Positions 39,276-48,637 of a stretch of DNA of 64,000 bases are shown piece after piece. This stretch comes from Marmoricola sp. Its GTDB lineage: Bacteria; Actinomycetota; Actinomycetes; Propionibacteriales; Nocardioidaceae. Position numbers and translations under genes: made by a program. How positions within the stretch are numbered: position 1 is the stretch's first letter; each line of letters begins with the position of its first letter. The DNA lies in the NCBI GenBank assembly GCA_046598855.1, contig JBKJHX010000068.1, positions 2,558 through 66,557 on the forward strand, in the 5' to 3' direction. Under the pieces are notes generated by a model that worked only from the letters and a program-made list of their open reading frames with translations, was not told the DNA's origin and searched no databases.

Positions 39276-39853
39276 GGGCCGCCCAGCCACGGTCGCCGGT
39301 GCACCCGGAACAGGTAGTAGATGAGCACCAGGTTGACCACGCCGATGCCGATCAGGGTTGGCGTGATCAGGTTCTTCACGTCGCCTCCGTAGGCGACCGG
39401 TGGCAGCACGATGGCTGCGATGAGCCCCCAGGTGAGGACGCCGAACCGACCGGCCACGAACCGGTCCCGGGGCTGCTGGGCGATGGCTTCCTGCCCGATC
39501 TTCCGGGTCAGCAGCAGGGTCGTCGCCGATTGCGGCAGGCTCAGGAACCAGGCGATCGAAGCCGCCTTGGTGGCCTCGTCGAGCTCGGCCCGGGTCTTCA
39601 GCTCCGCGGGGATGGAGGGCAGGAGATCGGTCACCTGCGGGAGCCAGAGCGGAATGCTGACCGCCAGAGCGAGCCAGGTCAGCCAGTAGGCGATGTCGAC
39701 GTTGAGCGTCTTGCGCAGAGCAGTCATCCCAGAGAGCACCAGCAACCAGCCCAGTGGGTCCGGCAGAGCGTCGTACACGTCGCCGGCGATCGCGAAGTTC
39801 GCTGGGATGAAGACGATCACCAGACCCATGGCGATCTTCTGTAGCGGCGACAT
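39260..39853 (-). CDS. Hypothetical membrane protein
   Basis: MSPLQKIAMGLVIV..DALPDPLGWLLV, several TM segments. Confidence 0.75.
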   Translation of the reverse strand: MSPLQKIAMGLVIVFIPANFAIAGDVYDALPDPLGWLLVLSGMTALRKTLNVDIAYWLTWLALAVSIPLWLPQVTDLLPSIPAELKTRAELDEATKAASIAWFLSLPQSATTLLLTRKIGQEAIAQQPRDRFVAGRFGVLTWGLIAAIVLPPVAYGGDVKNLITPTLIGIGVVNLVLIYYLFRVHRRPWLGGPADQA

Positions 39854-39897
39854 CGGTCCCCTCTCGGTGCGCTCCAGCCTGCGTTCCGGCTCGGGCG

Positions 39898-40125
39898 TCA
39901 CCCTACGGTCATCCACGACGTGGTTCGCTCCCGCGCTAGCAGTACAACGCCGCGGCCACCCAGGAACGCGACCACGAACACGGTCCACAGCCAGACCAGG
40001 GTGCCGCCCAGATCGCCGATGATCGCTGGTTCGGCGAGCAGAAAGAGTGGGTCTGTCACCAATGCCAGAAATGCGGGGACCGCGAGTCGCAAAATCTCCC
40101 TGTCCACAGGGCTTGCGCTTGCCTT
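39898..40125 (-). pseudogene. Internally deleted MATE/DinF efflux gene remnant
   Basis: DREILRLAVPAFLALVTDPLFLLAEPAIIGDLG (MATE N-terminus) joined in frame to LVWLW...RGVVLLARER..WM..G (MATE C-terminus). Confidence 0.75.
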
Positions 40126-40422
40126 GCCGGGGAGGCTATGCACTCACCTCAGCCTGGGGATAACTGGCTCAGCCTGTGGGTAATCGAATCTCTCAGGTGC
40201 TTTGTCGACATACAGACCAAGCCGTCCCAGATGACGAAACGATGAACGGAAACCGGCGGACTTTCTTCTGTCCACAGGCCTGAAAGCAGCAAAACCCCAG
40301 GTCAGCACGGCGAAGGCCAGGGTGAACATTTCGGCGTCCACAGTCCACCCACCATCCTGTGCACAGAAAATCCTGGGTCTTCCACACGACACACAGGGTT
40401 ATCCACAGGTGCCTGTGGATTC
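40100..40422. promoter_or_regulatory. DnaA-box cluster upstream of dnaB
   Basis: About 9 boxes including perfect TTATCCACA 40399-40407, CTGTCCACA 40100 and 40268, TGGGGATAA 40155, TGTGGGTAA 40175, CTGTGCACA 40357, TGTGGATTC 40414. Confidence 0.8.
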
Positions 40423-40558
40423 CGGGATTTGTCAGTTCCGGTACAGGGCTTAGTGTCACGCAGTCCGGCTTGCCGACGAGTGCCACGGATATGCCGGGGG
40501 TGCCCTCTAACGTCGGAGCACGAGCACCAATGACGCAGGTTCGCAGGGGTGGCAGACA

Positions 40559-41995
40559 GTGAGCATGACCGAGTCGACCGGGGTCGGCGAACACGGCTAC
40601 CCCGGCGCCTACCCCGAGGACGCCTCCGGACCGACACCCGCCTTCGCGGGCTTCAGCGAGTCCGCCAATCAGGAGCACTGGGCGGGCCGGATGCCGCCCC
40701 AGGACGTCGACGCGGAGCAGAGCGTCCTCGGCTCGATGCTGATCTCCAAGGACGCTATCGCCGACGTCCTCGAGGTCGCGAAGGCGCACGACTTCTACCG
40801 GCCCGCGCACGAGACCATCTTCGACGCGATTACCGACCTCTACGCCCGCGGCGAACCCGCTGACCCGGTCACCGTCTCGGCCGAGCTCAACCGCCGCGGT
40901 GAGCTCAGCAAGATCGGTGGGGCTCCGTACCTGCACACGCTCTCGGCCAGCGTCCCGATCGCCGCGAACGCCGGGTACTACGCCGACATCGTCCGGGAGA
41001 AGTCCATCCTGCGCCGCCTCGTCGACGCCGGCACCAAGATCGCCCAGCTCGGGTACGCCGGCGAGGGCCAGGTCGACGACACCGTCGACCGCGCCCAGGC
41101 CGAGATCTACGCGATCACCGAGAACCGTTCCTCCGAGGACTACCACCCGCTGAGCGCGATCATGGAGGCCACCCTCGATGAGATCGAGTCGATCTCCAAC
41201 CACGACGGGACCCTGCGCGGGGTGCCGACCGGCCTCGCTGACCTCGACGAGCTGACCAACGGACTGCAGGCCGGTCAGATGATCATCGTCGCCGGTCGTC
41301 CCGGTAGCGGGAAGTCGACCCTCGGCCTGGACTTCTGCCGCGCCGCCTCGATCCACAACAACATGACGAGCGTCATCTTCAGCCTCGAGATGGGCAAGGC
41401 CGAGATCACCATGCGGCTGCTCTCCGCCGAGGCCCGGATCCCGCTCGGTCACATCCGCAACGGCGGCATGAACGACGAGGACTGGGCAAAGCTCGCCCGC
41501 AAGATGGGCGACGTTTCCAGCGCCCCGATGTTCATCGACGACAGCCCCAACATGACGATGATGGAGATCCGCGCGAAGGCCCGCCGGCTCAAGCAGCGCC
41601 ACGACCTCAAGTTGATCGTGATCGACTACATCCAGCTGATGACGTCGGGCAAGAAGGTCGAGTCCCGCCAGGTCGAGGTCTCGGAGTTCTCCCGCCAGAT
41701 CAAGCTGCTCGCGAAGGAGCTCGAGGTCCCGATCGTCGCGCTCGCCCAGCTCAACCGTGGGTCCGAGCAGCGCGCCGACAAGAAGCCGATGGTCTCCGAT
41801 CTCCGTGAGTCCGGCTCGCTCGAGCAGGACGCCGACATCGTCATGCTGGTGCACCGCGAGGACATGTACGAGAAGGAGTCGGCCCGCGCTGGCGAGGCCG
41901 ACATCATCGTCGGCAAGCACCGCAACGGCCCGATCCGCGACGTCACCTGCCTGTTCCAGGGGCACTACTCGCGGTTCGTCGACATCACCCACTGA
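40559..41995 (+). CDS. dnaB: Replicative DNA helicase (no intein)
   Basis: PPQDVDAEQSVLG, AGRPGSGKS, IDYIQLM, DLRESGSLEQDAD, KHRNGP. Confidence 0.98.
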   Translation: MSMTESTGVGEHGYPGAYPEDASGPTPAFAGFSESANQEHWAGRMPPQDVDAEQSVLGSMLISKDAIADVLEVAKAHDFYRPAHETIFDAITDLYARGEPADPVTVSAELNRRGELSKIGGAPYLHTLSASVPIAANAGYYADIVREKSILRRLVDAGTKIAQLGYAGEGQVDDTVDRAQAEIYAITENRSSEDYHPLSAIMEATLDEIESISNHDGTLRGVPTGLADLDELTNGLQAGQMIIVAGRPGSGKSTLGLDFCRAASIHNNMTSVIFSLEMGKAEITMRLLSAEARIPLGHIRNGGMNDEDWAKLARKMGDVSSAPMFIDDSPNMTMMEIRAKARRLKQRHDLKLIVIDYIQLMTSGKKVESRQVEVSEFSRQIKLLAKELEVPIVALAQLNRGSEQRADKKPMVSDLRESGSLEQDADIVMLVHREDMYEKESARAGEADIIVGKHRNGPIRDVTCLFQGHYSRFVDITH

Positions 41996-42008
41996 TGGAC
42001 TTAACGCC

Positions 42009-42455
42009 ATGAGCACCGTTCCCGGCTCCCTGAACTGGCTGGCCGCTGAGGATCCGCACCCGGCTCGTCTGGCCCACCAGGCCGCGCTCCGCTGCGCGAT
42101 CGCCGGCGACAAGCCGGGCTGGCTCGCGCTGTGGGCCGAGAACTGCGAGATCTTCGACCCGGTCGGCCCCGGCCTCTTCGACCCGACCGGCGCCGGCCAC
42201 CACGGTCACGCGGGCGCCGAGCACTTCTGGGACGTCGCGATCGCCCCGGTGGAGACCTTCGACGTCGAGGTCCGGACGTCGTACGCGACCGGCGACTCCG
42301 CCGCGCAGGAGGCCACCTTCGCCACCACCTTCAGCGACGGCACCCGCGCCGAGATCGACCTGATCGTGGTGTACCGCGTCAACGAGGCAGGCCTGATCAC
42401 CTCGATGCGCGCCTACTGGGAGCTCGAACGGGTCAGGCTGAGCAATCCGAGCTGA
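42009..42455 (+). CDS. SnoaL/ketosteroid isomerase-like NTF2 protein
   Basis: WLALWA..DPVGP..GHHG..FWD, VYRVNEAGLITSMRAYWE. Confidence 0.85.
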   Translation: MSTVPGSLNWLAAEDPHPARLAHQAALRCAIAGDKPGWLALWAENCEIFDPVGPGLFDPTGAGHHGHAGAEHFWDVAIAPVETFDVEVRTSYATGDSAAQEATFATTFSDGTRAEIDLIVVYRVNEAGLITSMRAYWELERVRLSNPS

Positions 42456-42494
42456 GCAGTTCCGCACGCCGCTCTGTCGCCCTACGATCCGGGC

Positions 42495-42869
42495 ATGAGC
42501 ATCGACAAGGCAGCGCTGGTCGCCGGCACCATCCGAATGTCCTCCGGCGTCCACTTCCTGATCGCGCCTGAGCACGCCAACCGGCTCTGGGGCGACAAGG
42601 AGCCGCCGGTGAACACCACCCGGCTGCTGCTGCGCTCGATGGGTTACCGCGACGCGCTGATCGGCGGGCTGCTGGTCCAGGCGTCCCTGCGCGGCAAGGA
42701 CACTCGGGGTTGGTTCCTCGCCTCCGGCGGTGCGGATGCCGCCGACCTGCTCGGTGGCTGGAGCACGCACCGGGAGATGACAAGGTCTCAGCAGTACGTC
42801 GGGCTCGGCGGTGCCGTGGTCGGCATCGGCATCGGACTGTGGGGATCGACCCGGCGCCCAAAGGGCTGA
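42495..42869 (+). CDS. Small hypothetical membrane protein (DUF4267-like)
   Basis: RSMGYRDALIG and ADAAD motifs, hydrophobic helices. Confidence 0.65.
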   Translation: MSIDKAALVAGTIRMSSGVHFLIAPEHANRLWGDKEPPVNTTRLLLRSMGYRDALIGGLLVQASLRGKDTRGWFLASGGADAADLLGGWSTHREMTRSQQYVGLGGAVVGIGIGLWGSTRRPKG

Positions 42870-42908
42870 CTGCGTTGATCTGTCGGTCGTCTGGGTAACG
42901 ATGAGGCC

Positions 42909-43565
42909 ATGAGCACCAACAAACTGACCGGACAGCAGATCGCCGACGCCTCCCTGATCGGCTGGGCGAACCTGGCCGGCGCGCTCCAGACGCGCATCGA
43001 CACCAAGGACTTCGCAACCGGCCTGCAGATCCTCAACGCTATCGGCGTCGCCGCCGAGGAGCTGAACCACCACCCCGACCTTGACCTGCGCTACTCCCGG
43101 GTCGACGTACGTCTGACCAGCCACGACGTCGGCGGGATCACCGAGCGCGATGTAGCGCTGGCGAAAGCCATCACGACCATTGCGCGCGCAGCCGGAGCCG
43201 AGACCGAGTCGGGGTCCGTGTCCCGGTTCGAGATCGGTCTGGACACCCCGGACACCGAAGCGGTCGCACCGTTCTGGGCAGCCGTGCTCCGCGGCGAGCG
43301 CGGCACGGGCGACGAAGGCAACGACGTCGTCGACCCGTACGACGCCTGTCCGACGATCTGGTTCCAGACCTCGGGGTCCGCCGAACCGCGGCAGCGTTGG
43401 CACCCCGACGTCTGGGTACCGCCTGAGCAGGTCCAGCCGCGGATCGAAGCGGCTGTCGCCGCCGGCGGGACCCTGGTCAGCGACGAGCGGGCCCCGGCGT
43501 TCTGGGTGCTGGCCGACGCCGAAGGCAACAAGGTCTGCCTGTGTACTTGGCAGGACCGCGGCTGA
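42909..43565 (+). CDS. Pterin-4a-carbinolamine dehydratase fused to a glyoxalase/VOC domain
   Basis: NHHPDLDL..LTSHDVGGITERD; RQRWHPDVWV, VLADAEGNKVC. Confidence 0.88.
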   Translation: MSTNKLTGQQIADASLIGWANLAGALQTRIDTKDFATGLQILNAIGVAAEELNHHPDLDLRYSRVDVRLTSHDVGGITERDVALAKAITTIARAAGAETESGSVSRFEIGLDTPDTEAVAPFWAAVLRGERGTGDEGNDVVDPYDACPTIWFQTSGSAEPRQRWHPDVWVPPEQVQPRIEAAVAAGGTLVSDERAPAFWVLADAEGNKVCLCTWQDRG

Positions 43566-43577
43566 GACCCGGACGGG

Positions 43578-44729
43578 CTACCTCCGAGCGAGCGAGCCCA
43601 GCGTGATGTCGTCGCGCGCCACGTAGACGCTGAAGGCACCGGAGTTGTCCGAACCGAGCGCGTCGACATACTGGAGCTGCAGCCGCTGCCTGGACGGCGG
43701 GGTGTACCAGGCCTCATAGGTGTGGTCGCCACGGCAGCTACCCTCCCAGCGCAGCCCTCCGTGGATCACCAGACCGTGCGTGAGCGGCTGCGGCAGCGCC
43801 GACGGGCTGGCGGCGTGCAGGCTGCCCACCGGGTCACCCCAGCCGTCCCAGCCGAGGAACCCCAAGTCCGGAGCCTCGCTCGCCTGCTCCCGGGGCGTCG
43901 GTTCGTACGTCGTCTGGTCGGCCGCCCTGGTGCAGTGCGCATCGCCGACCGCGTTGCCGGCGCCGTAGCGGACCAGGCCGGTGGCGACGATTCGGTAGGT
44001 GACGCCCGCGCGCAGGACGAACGGCGAGCTGGTCAGCACTCCGGTCGCCGCGACGACGAAGCCGGTCACCGCGGTTCGGTCCGGGTCGAGGTCACGGGTC
44101 TCGGGGAAGCGCACCGGGAGGGACGTGACATTGCGAGCCCGATACCAGGACGTCTGCCCCGCGGCCCCGGCGTACCCCAACGAGAAGTGCACGTGGTTGA
44201 GGTGGCGCAGGCTGCGCGAGCACGTCCGCTTGGTCCTGCACGCGGGGTGCAGGTACGGACGCGGCACGAAGTCGCGGTAGGAGGCCCAGATCGTGTCGTT
44301 GTAGATGAAGTACATGAGCCCCAGCCGCCGGGCGAGGGCGTGCTGATTGCCGGCCGCGTCGGTGGCCAGTACCCGGCGGATGAAGTCGAACGCCGCTCGG
44401 CGCGTTGCGGCGTTGGCGACGTCAGCGCCCCAGTCGAAGGCCCGGCCGTCCTTGTGCTCGCTCCGTCCACCAGTGCTGCAGCCGCGCATCAAACCCAGCG
44501 AGCGGGTTGCCGGGTAGCTGCGCAACAGGTGACGGGCGAACGCGGCGGTCCCGGGCTTGGCCGAGGCGGCACAGGTCGTCTGTCCTTCGTAGGCGGCAGC
44601 CTCGTCGACCCGTGGCGAGTAGCCGAGCGCGCCGGCGGGCGCCGAGATGGGGACGAAGAGACCGAGCGTCAGCGCGGCGATCACGGCAACGGGGACGAGG
44701 TCCTTCGAACGGTAAGGAACGGGGCGCAC
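43578..44729 (-). CDS. Secreted protein with a peptidase M15-like Zn domain and C-terminal beta domain
   Basis: Signal peptide; SEHKDGRAFDW (H-x6-D) and HLNHVHFS motifs. Confidence 0.7.
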   Translation of the reverse strand: MRPVPYRSKDLVPVAVIAALTLGLFVPISAPAGALGYSPRVDEAAAYEGQTTCAASAKPGTAAFARHLLRSYPATRSLGLMRGCSTGGRSEHKDGRAFDWGADVANAATRRAAFDFIRRVLATDAAGNQHALARRLGLMYFIYNDTIWASYRDFVPRPYLHPACRTKRTCSRSLRHLNHVHFSLGYAGAAGQTSWYRARNVTSLPVRFPETRDLDPDRTAVTGFVVAATGVLTSSPFVLRAGVTYRIVATGLVRYGAGNAVGDAHCTRAADQTTYEPTPREQASEAPDLGFLGWDGWGDPVGSLHAASPSALPQPLTHGLVIHGGLRWEGSCRGDHTYEAWYTPPSRQRLQLQYVDALGSDNSGAFSVYVARDDITLGSLARR

Positions 44730-44743
44730 AACGCACTTCCCAA

Positions 44744-44806
44744 CAGGTAGACAGCCTTGCTGTTCAGCGGCGCCACGGCCTCCCCCGTAGCGCCGCCAGC
44801 TACCTG
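44744..44806 (-). ncRNA. Candidate structured 5' leader (three-way junction)
   Basis: CAGGUAG/CUACCUG closing stem, 12-bp stem with one G-U pair, 5-bp ACAGC/GCUGU stem, immediately before the RBS. Confidence 0.45.
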
Positions 44807-44918
44807 ATCGGCCGGTGGGGGTGCTGTCTGAGTGTTCAGGCCCGATTCACCCGAAGGGCCCAACTGGTCGGACTGAGCCGGCGCGGCTGGTGCACCTCGT
44901 TGGCACGAAGGCAGCGAG

Positions 44919-45272
44919 CTACCTGAAGGTGAGCAGCAGTCCGACCGCAGCCGGGACGGCGCCGACGACCAGCCAGGGACTCAGCGGGTTCTTGCCGTGG
45001 ATCGCCCGGGCCGCGACGACCGCAAGGGTCATCAGGACCGCGGCGATCACGTTCAGGCCGATCCGGGCGTCGACGCGGTCGGCGTCGGTGACCATGGCCG
45101 CGATGACGAGCCCGACCGACAGGTGCAGGATCGTGGTGACGGCGAGCACCGACATCACCCACTGCTTCACCCTGGTCAGGTTCTGCTCGTCGCGAGCCAC
45201 TGCCCGGCGTGGAGGGTTCGCGGGGTCGATCAGGTGCCGGGCAACGCGTCGCGGCGGCTCCGGCGTGGACAT
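44919..45272 (-). CDS. Small hypothetical membrane protein
   Basis: Three hydrophobic helices, normal high-GC codon usage. Confidence 0.7.
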   Translation of the reverse strand: MSTPEPPRRVARHLIDPANPPRRAVARDEQNLTRVKQWVMSVLAVTTILHLSVGLVIAAMVTDADRVDARIGLNVIAAVLMTLAVVAARAIHGKNPLSPWLVVGAVPAAVGLLLTFR

Positions 45273-45357
45273 GGGGCGAATCTACTGGGCCGGTGTGTGC
45301 GCCCTCCGGGCGGCTAATCGGATTCGCGACGCGCGGACCCTTGGAGATGATCGAGCC

Positions 45358-45664
45358 ATGACCGGAAGCCAGCGGGCCGACTTCTTCGTAGAACCGATTG
45401 AGGACCCGCGGGAAGTCGAAGTGACCTCGCTCGGGGACGAGAAGGAGACCCTCGTCGAATTTCTGCGCTACCAGCGCCTCACGCTGGAGCTGAAGTGCTC
45501 GAGCTCGTCCGGCACCTGGCCGAGGACCTCTCCGTGGTCGTCGACCGAGGGACGGGCAGATGTCCTAGCGCGAGATCCTGGTGCACATGATCGAGGAGTA
45601 GGCGCGGCACAACGGGCACGCCGATCTGCTCCGCGAATGCATCGACGGGCGCCTGGGTCAATGA
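45358..45664 (+). pseudogene. DinB/DUF664-family pseudogene
   Basis: EKETLVEFLRYQRLTLELKC, LVRHLAE, and [26 protein letters not shown] separated by frameshifts, deletions and two TAG stops. Confidence 0.85.
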
Positions 45665-45762
45665 CCTGGGCGCGGACGTAACTCACAGTTACTCTGCGTC
45701 CGTTCCGGACTACGCTCGCTGCGACGGGCCGGACCACGGCCCGCCGTTGGCGAGGAGGACCG

Positions 45763-46188
45763 ATGACGTCACGACTGAACCCGTACATCCAATTCGACGG
45801 TACTGCGGAGGAGGCGCTGGCGTTCTACCAGCAGGTCTTCGGTGGTGAGCTCGACCTCAACCGGTTCGGCGACTACGGCGTGACCGAGGAACCGATAGCC
45901 GGCAAGATCATGCACGGCCAGCTCGAGACGCCGTCCGGGTTCACGCTGATGGCTGCCGATGCCGCGCCGGGAATGCAGCTCAAGCCGGCCGGCAACATCA
46001 CCATCAGTCTCTCGGGTGACGACGCGGGTGACCTGTCCCGATGGTTCGACGGCCTGGCTGAGGGCGGCACCGTGCTGATGCCGCTGGAGAAGCAGATGTG
46101 GGGCGACGTGTACGGCATGGTGACCGACAAGTTCGGGGTCGACTGGATGGCGAACATCGCCGGTGACGCGATCGGGGGCAGCGCATGA
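45763..46188 (+). CDS. VOC/PhnB-family protein
   Basis: LNPYIQFDGTAEEALAFY, IMHGQL, WGDVYGMVTDKFGVDWM. Confidence 0.9.
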   Translation: MTSRLNPYIQFDGTAEEALAFYQQVFGGELDLNRFGDYGVTEEPIAGKIMHGQLETPSGFTLMAADAAPGMQLKPAGNITISLSGDDAGDLSRWFDGLAEGGTVLMPLEKQMWGDVYGMVTDKFGVDWMANIAGDAIGGSA

Positions 46189-47678
46189 GCGCCCCGGACT
46201 TCGACGTCCTAGTGGTCGGCGCCGGCCTGTCCGGCATCGGTGCCGGCTACCGGCTGCAGACCGAGTGCCCCGAGAAGACCTACGCGATCCTCGAGGCGCG
46301 GGACGACATCGGCGGCACCTGGGATCTTTTCCGCTACCCCGGCATCCGCTCGGACTCCGACATGTTCACCCTGAGCTTCCCGTTCAAGCCGTGGAGCAAC
46401 GAGGACTCCATCGCGGATGGTCCGGCGATCCTGAGCTACATCAAGGACACCGCCGCCGAGTTCGGCATCGAGGAGAAGATCCAGTTCCGCACCAAGGTCA
46501 CCTCGGCGAACTGGTCCTCGGAGACCTCTACCTGGACGGTGAGCGTCGAGGACCGGCGCGGGACCAAGGCGAGCAAGCGGACGATCACCTGCAACTTCCT
46601 GTACGCCTGCTCCGGCTACTACGACTACGAGCAAGGTCACGAACCGGTGTTCCCCGGGATCGACGACTTCACCGGGATGGTGGTCAAACCGCAGTTCTGG
46701 CCGGAGAACCTCGACTACTCGGGCAAGAAGATCGTCATCATTGGCAGTGGTGCGACCGCGGTGACGCTGGTGCCCTCGATGTCCGAGGACGCTCAGCACG
46801 TGACGATGCTGCAGCGCAGTCCCACCTGGATCGGCGTGGTGCCGCAGAAGGACAAGGTCGCCGACGCGCTCCGCAACACGCTGCCGGCCGGTGTCGCACA
46901 CCGGGTCGTCCGCACCAAGAACATTGCCTTCCAGATGGGCGTCTACCAGTTCTGCCAGCGCGCCCCCAAGCTCGCCAGCAAGGTGCTGCTCGGGATGACC
47001 ACCCGGGTGCTCAAGGACGAGGCCATGGTCGCCGAGCACTTCACGCCCACCTACAACCCCTGGGACCAGCGGGTCTGCGCGGTCCCGGACGCGGACCTGT
47101 TCAGGGCGATCCGGCGCGGCAAGGTCGACGTCGTCACCGACCACATCGACACCTTCGTCCCCGAGGGCATCCGGCTGAAGAGCGGCAAGGTCCTGGAGGC
47201 CGACATCGTCGTGCCGGCGACCGGTCTGAAGATCCAGCTTTTCGGCGGCATCGTCCCGACGGTGGACGGCGCGTCCGTGGACATGCACGAGAACTTCGTG
47301 TGGCAGGGCTGCATGCTCACCGGGCTGCCGAACTTCGCGCTCTGCGTCGGCTACACCAACGCGTCCTGGACGCTACGCGGTGACCTCACCTCGAGGCTGG
47401 TCTGCAAGGTGATCAACGAGATGGACAAGGTCGGTGCCGTCTCGGTGATCCCGGTGCCGGAAGGTCCGCTCGAGGGTCGGCCGCTGCTGGACATCGCGTC
47501 GGGCTACGTGCAGCGCGCCCTCGGCGACCTGCCGCAGCAGGGTCACCGCGGTGCCTGGCGGGTCCGGCAGAACTACCTGATCGACTCCGCGACCACCATG
47601 CGCCATGACCTGCACAAGACCCTCCGGTTCACCTCGGCGAAGGCGTCGCACCCGGCCGGTGAGAAGGCGTCCGCGTGA
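46185..47678 (+). CDS. Flavin-binding monooxygenase (EthA/AlmA-like BVMO)
   Basis: VVGAGLSG, GGTWDLFRYPGIRSDSD, IGSGATAVT, NASWTLR. Confidence 0.92.
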   Translation: MSAPDFDVLVVGAGLSGIGAGYRLQTECPEKTYAILEARDDIGGTWDLFRYPGIRSDSDMFTLSFPFKPWSNEDSIADGPAILSYIKDTAAEFGIEEKIQFRTKVTSANWSSETSTWTVSVEDRRGTKASKRTITCNFLYACSGYYDYEQGHEPVFPGIDDFTGMVVKPQFWPENLDYSGKKIVIIGSGATAVTLVPSMSEDAQHVTMLQRSPTWIGVVPQKDKVADALRNTLPAGVAHRVVRTKNIAFQMGVYQFCQRAPKLASKVLLGMTTRVLKDEAMVAEHFTPTYNPWDQRVCAVPDADLFRAIRRGKVDVVTDHIDTFVPEGIRLKSGKVLEADIVVPATGLKIQLFGGIVPTVDGASVDMHENFVWQGCMLTGLPNFALCVGYTNASWTLRGDLTSRLVCKVINEMDKVGAVSVIPVPEGPLEGRPLLDIASGYVQRALGDLPQQGHRGAWRVRQNYLIDSATTMRHDLHKTLRFTSAKASHPAGEKASA

Positions 47679-48637
47679 AGGGCGAGGACACCGTCACCGT
47701 CGAGGTGAACGGCGTGGACCTGCGGGTCCGGATCAGCGGACCGGCCGACGGCGTACCGGTCCTGCTCATCCACGGGATTGCGCGCAGCCTGGAGGACTGG
47801 ACCGAGGTGCACGACCTGCTTGCGGAGCAGTACCGAGTGATCAGCACCGACCTCCCCGGCTTCGGGTACAGCCGCAAGGGCCGCGAGCGTCCCGGGTTGG
47901 CGTCGTTCGGACGCGCGATGGCTGCCCTGCTCGACGCCGCCGACGTGAGAAAACCGGCGCACGTGATGGGCAACTCGCTGGGGGGCGCGGTCGCGATGAC
48001 GCTGGCCGTCGACCACCCCGGCAAGGTCGCCAGCCTCACCCTGGTCAACAGCGTGGGGTTCGGCAGCGAAGTCAACATCTCCCCGCTGCCCATCCTGTAT
48101 GGCACCCTCGCGGCGCTCCCCGGCCTGCGCGGCACCTTCGCACCGTTGGCCCGCAAAGCCGGCGCCGAGGCGCTCCGCGCGCTCTTCTTCGACCGGTCGT
48201 TGGCCACCCCTGAGCACATCAAGCACGCCAATGCACTCGCCCGGGAGACAGACTTCCGCGGGAGCTTTCTCGGTACCGCCCTGACGCTGGGAGCTCCGGT
48301 CCTGGGGGTCCGGGCCGGCTGGCGACGAGCCCTGCTGGCCAAGCTCGCCGTTGCCGAGCTCCCGGTCCTGGTCGTTTGGGGAGACACCGACAACCTGCTC
48401 CCGGTCAAGCACCTGGACGCGGCGAAGGCCGCGCTCCCGGACGCCGTCACCCACCTGTTCGCCGAGACCGGCCACATGCCGCAGTTCGAGAGACCTGCCG
48501 AGTTCGCGGAGGTCGCCCGTGCCTTCGTCGACCAGGTGACTCGGCAAGACGGACCAGGGGAGTCCTCCCGGGAAGGCGGCGAGGCCATGCGCGTCGCCAT
48601 CCATGAAACTCTGACCGCGGAGAGGAAGGACACGTGA
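47675..48637 (+). CDS. Alpha/beta hydrolase (esterase)
   Basis: LLIHG, DLPGFGYS, GNSLGG, GHMPQFE. Confidence 0.9.
   Translation: MKGEDTVTVEVNGVDLRVRISGPADGVPVLLIHGIARSLEDWTEVHDLLAEQYRVISTDLPGFGYSRKGRERPGLASFGRAMAALLDAADVRKPAHVMGNSLGGAVAMTLAVDHPGKVASLTLVNSVGFGSEVNISPLPILYGTLAALPGLRGTFAPLARKAGAEALRALFFDRSLATPEHIKHANALARETDFRGSFLGTALTLGAPVLGVRAGWRRALLAKLAVAELPVLVVWGDTDNLLPVKHLDAAKAALPDAVTHLFAETGHMPQFERPAEFAEVARAFVDQVTRQDGPGESSREGGEAMRVAIHETLTAERKDT

Noticed and set aside
40559-41995. Intein in dnaB
   Set aside because: The 478-aa protein is continuous through all helicase motifs
44820-44870. c-di-AMP (ydaO) riboswitch suggested by GGGTGAATC
   Set aside because: Other conserved blocks (GGGGAACC, CCCGAACCCGUCAGCUAAC) are absent
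45560-45605. TAG read-through or pyrrolysine recoding in the DinB-like gene
   Set aside because: Frameshifts and deletions accompany the stops, TAG ends normal genes here, and no pyl genes are present in the window
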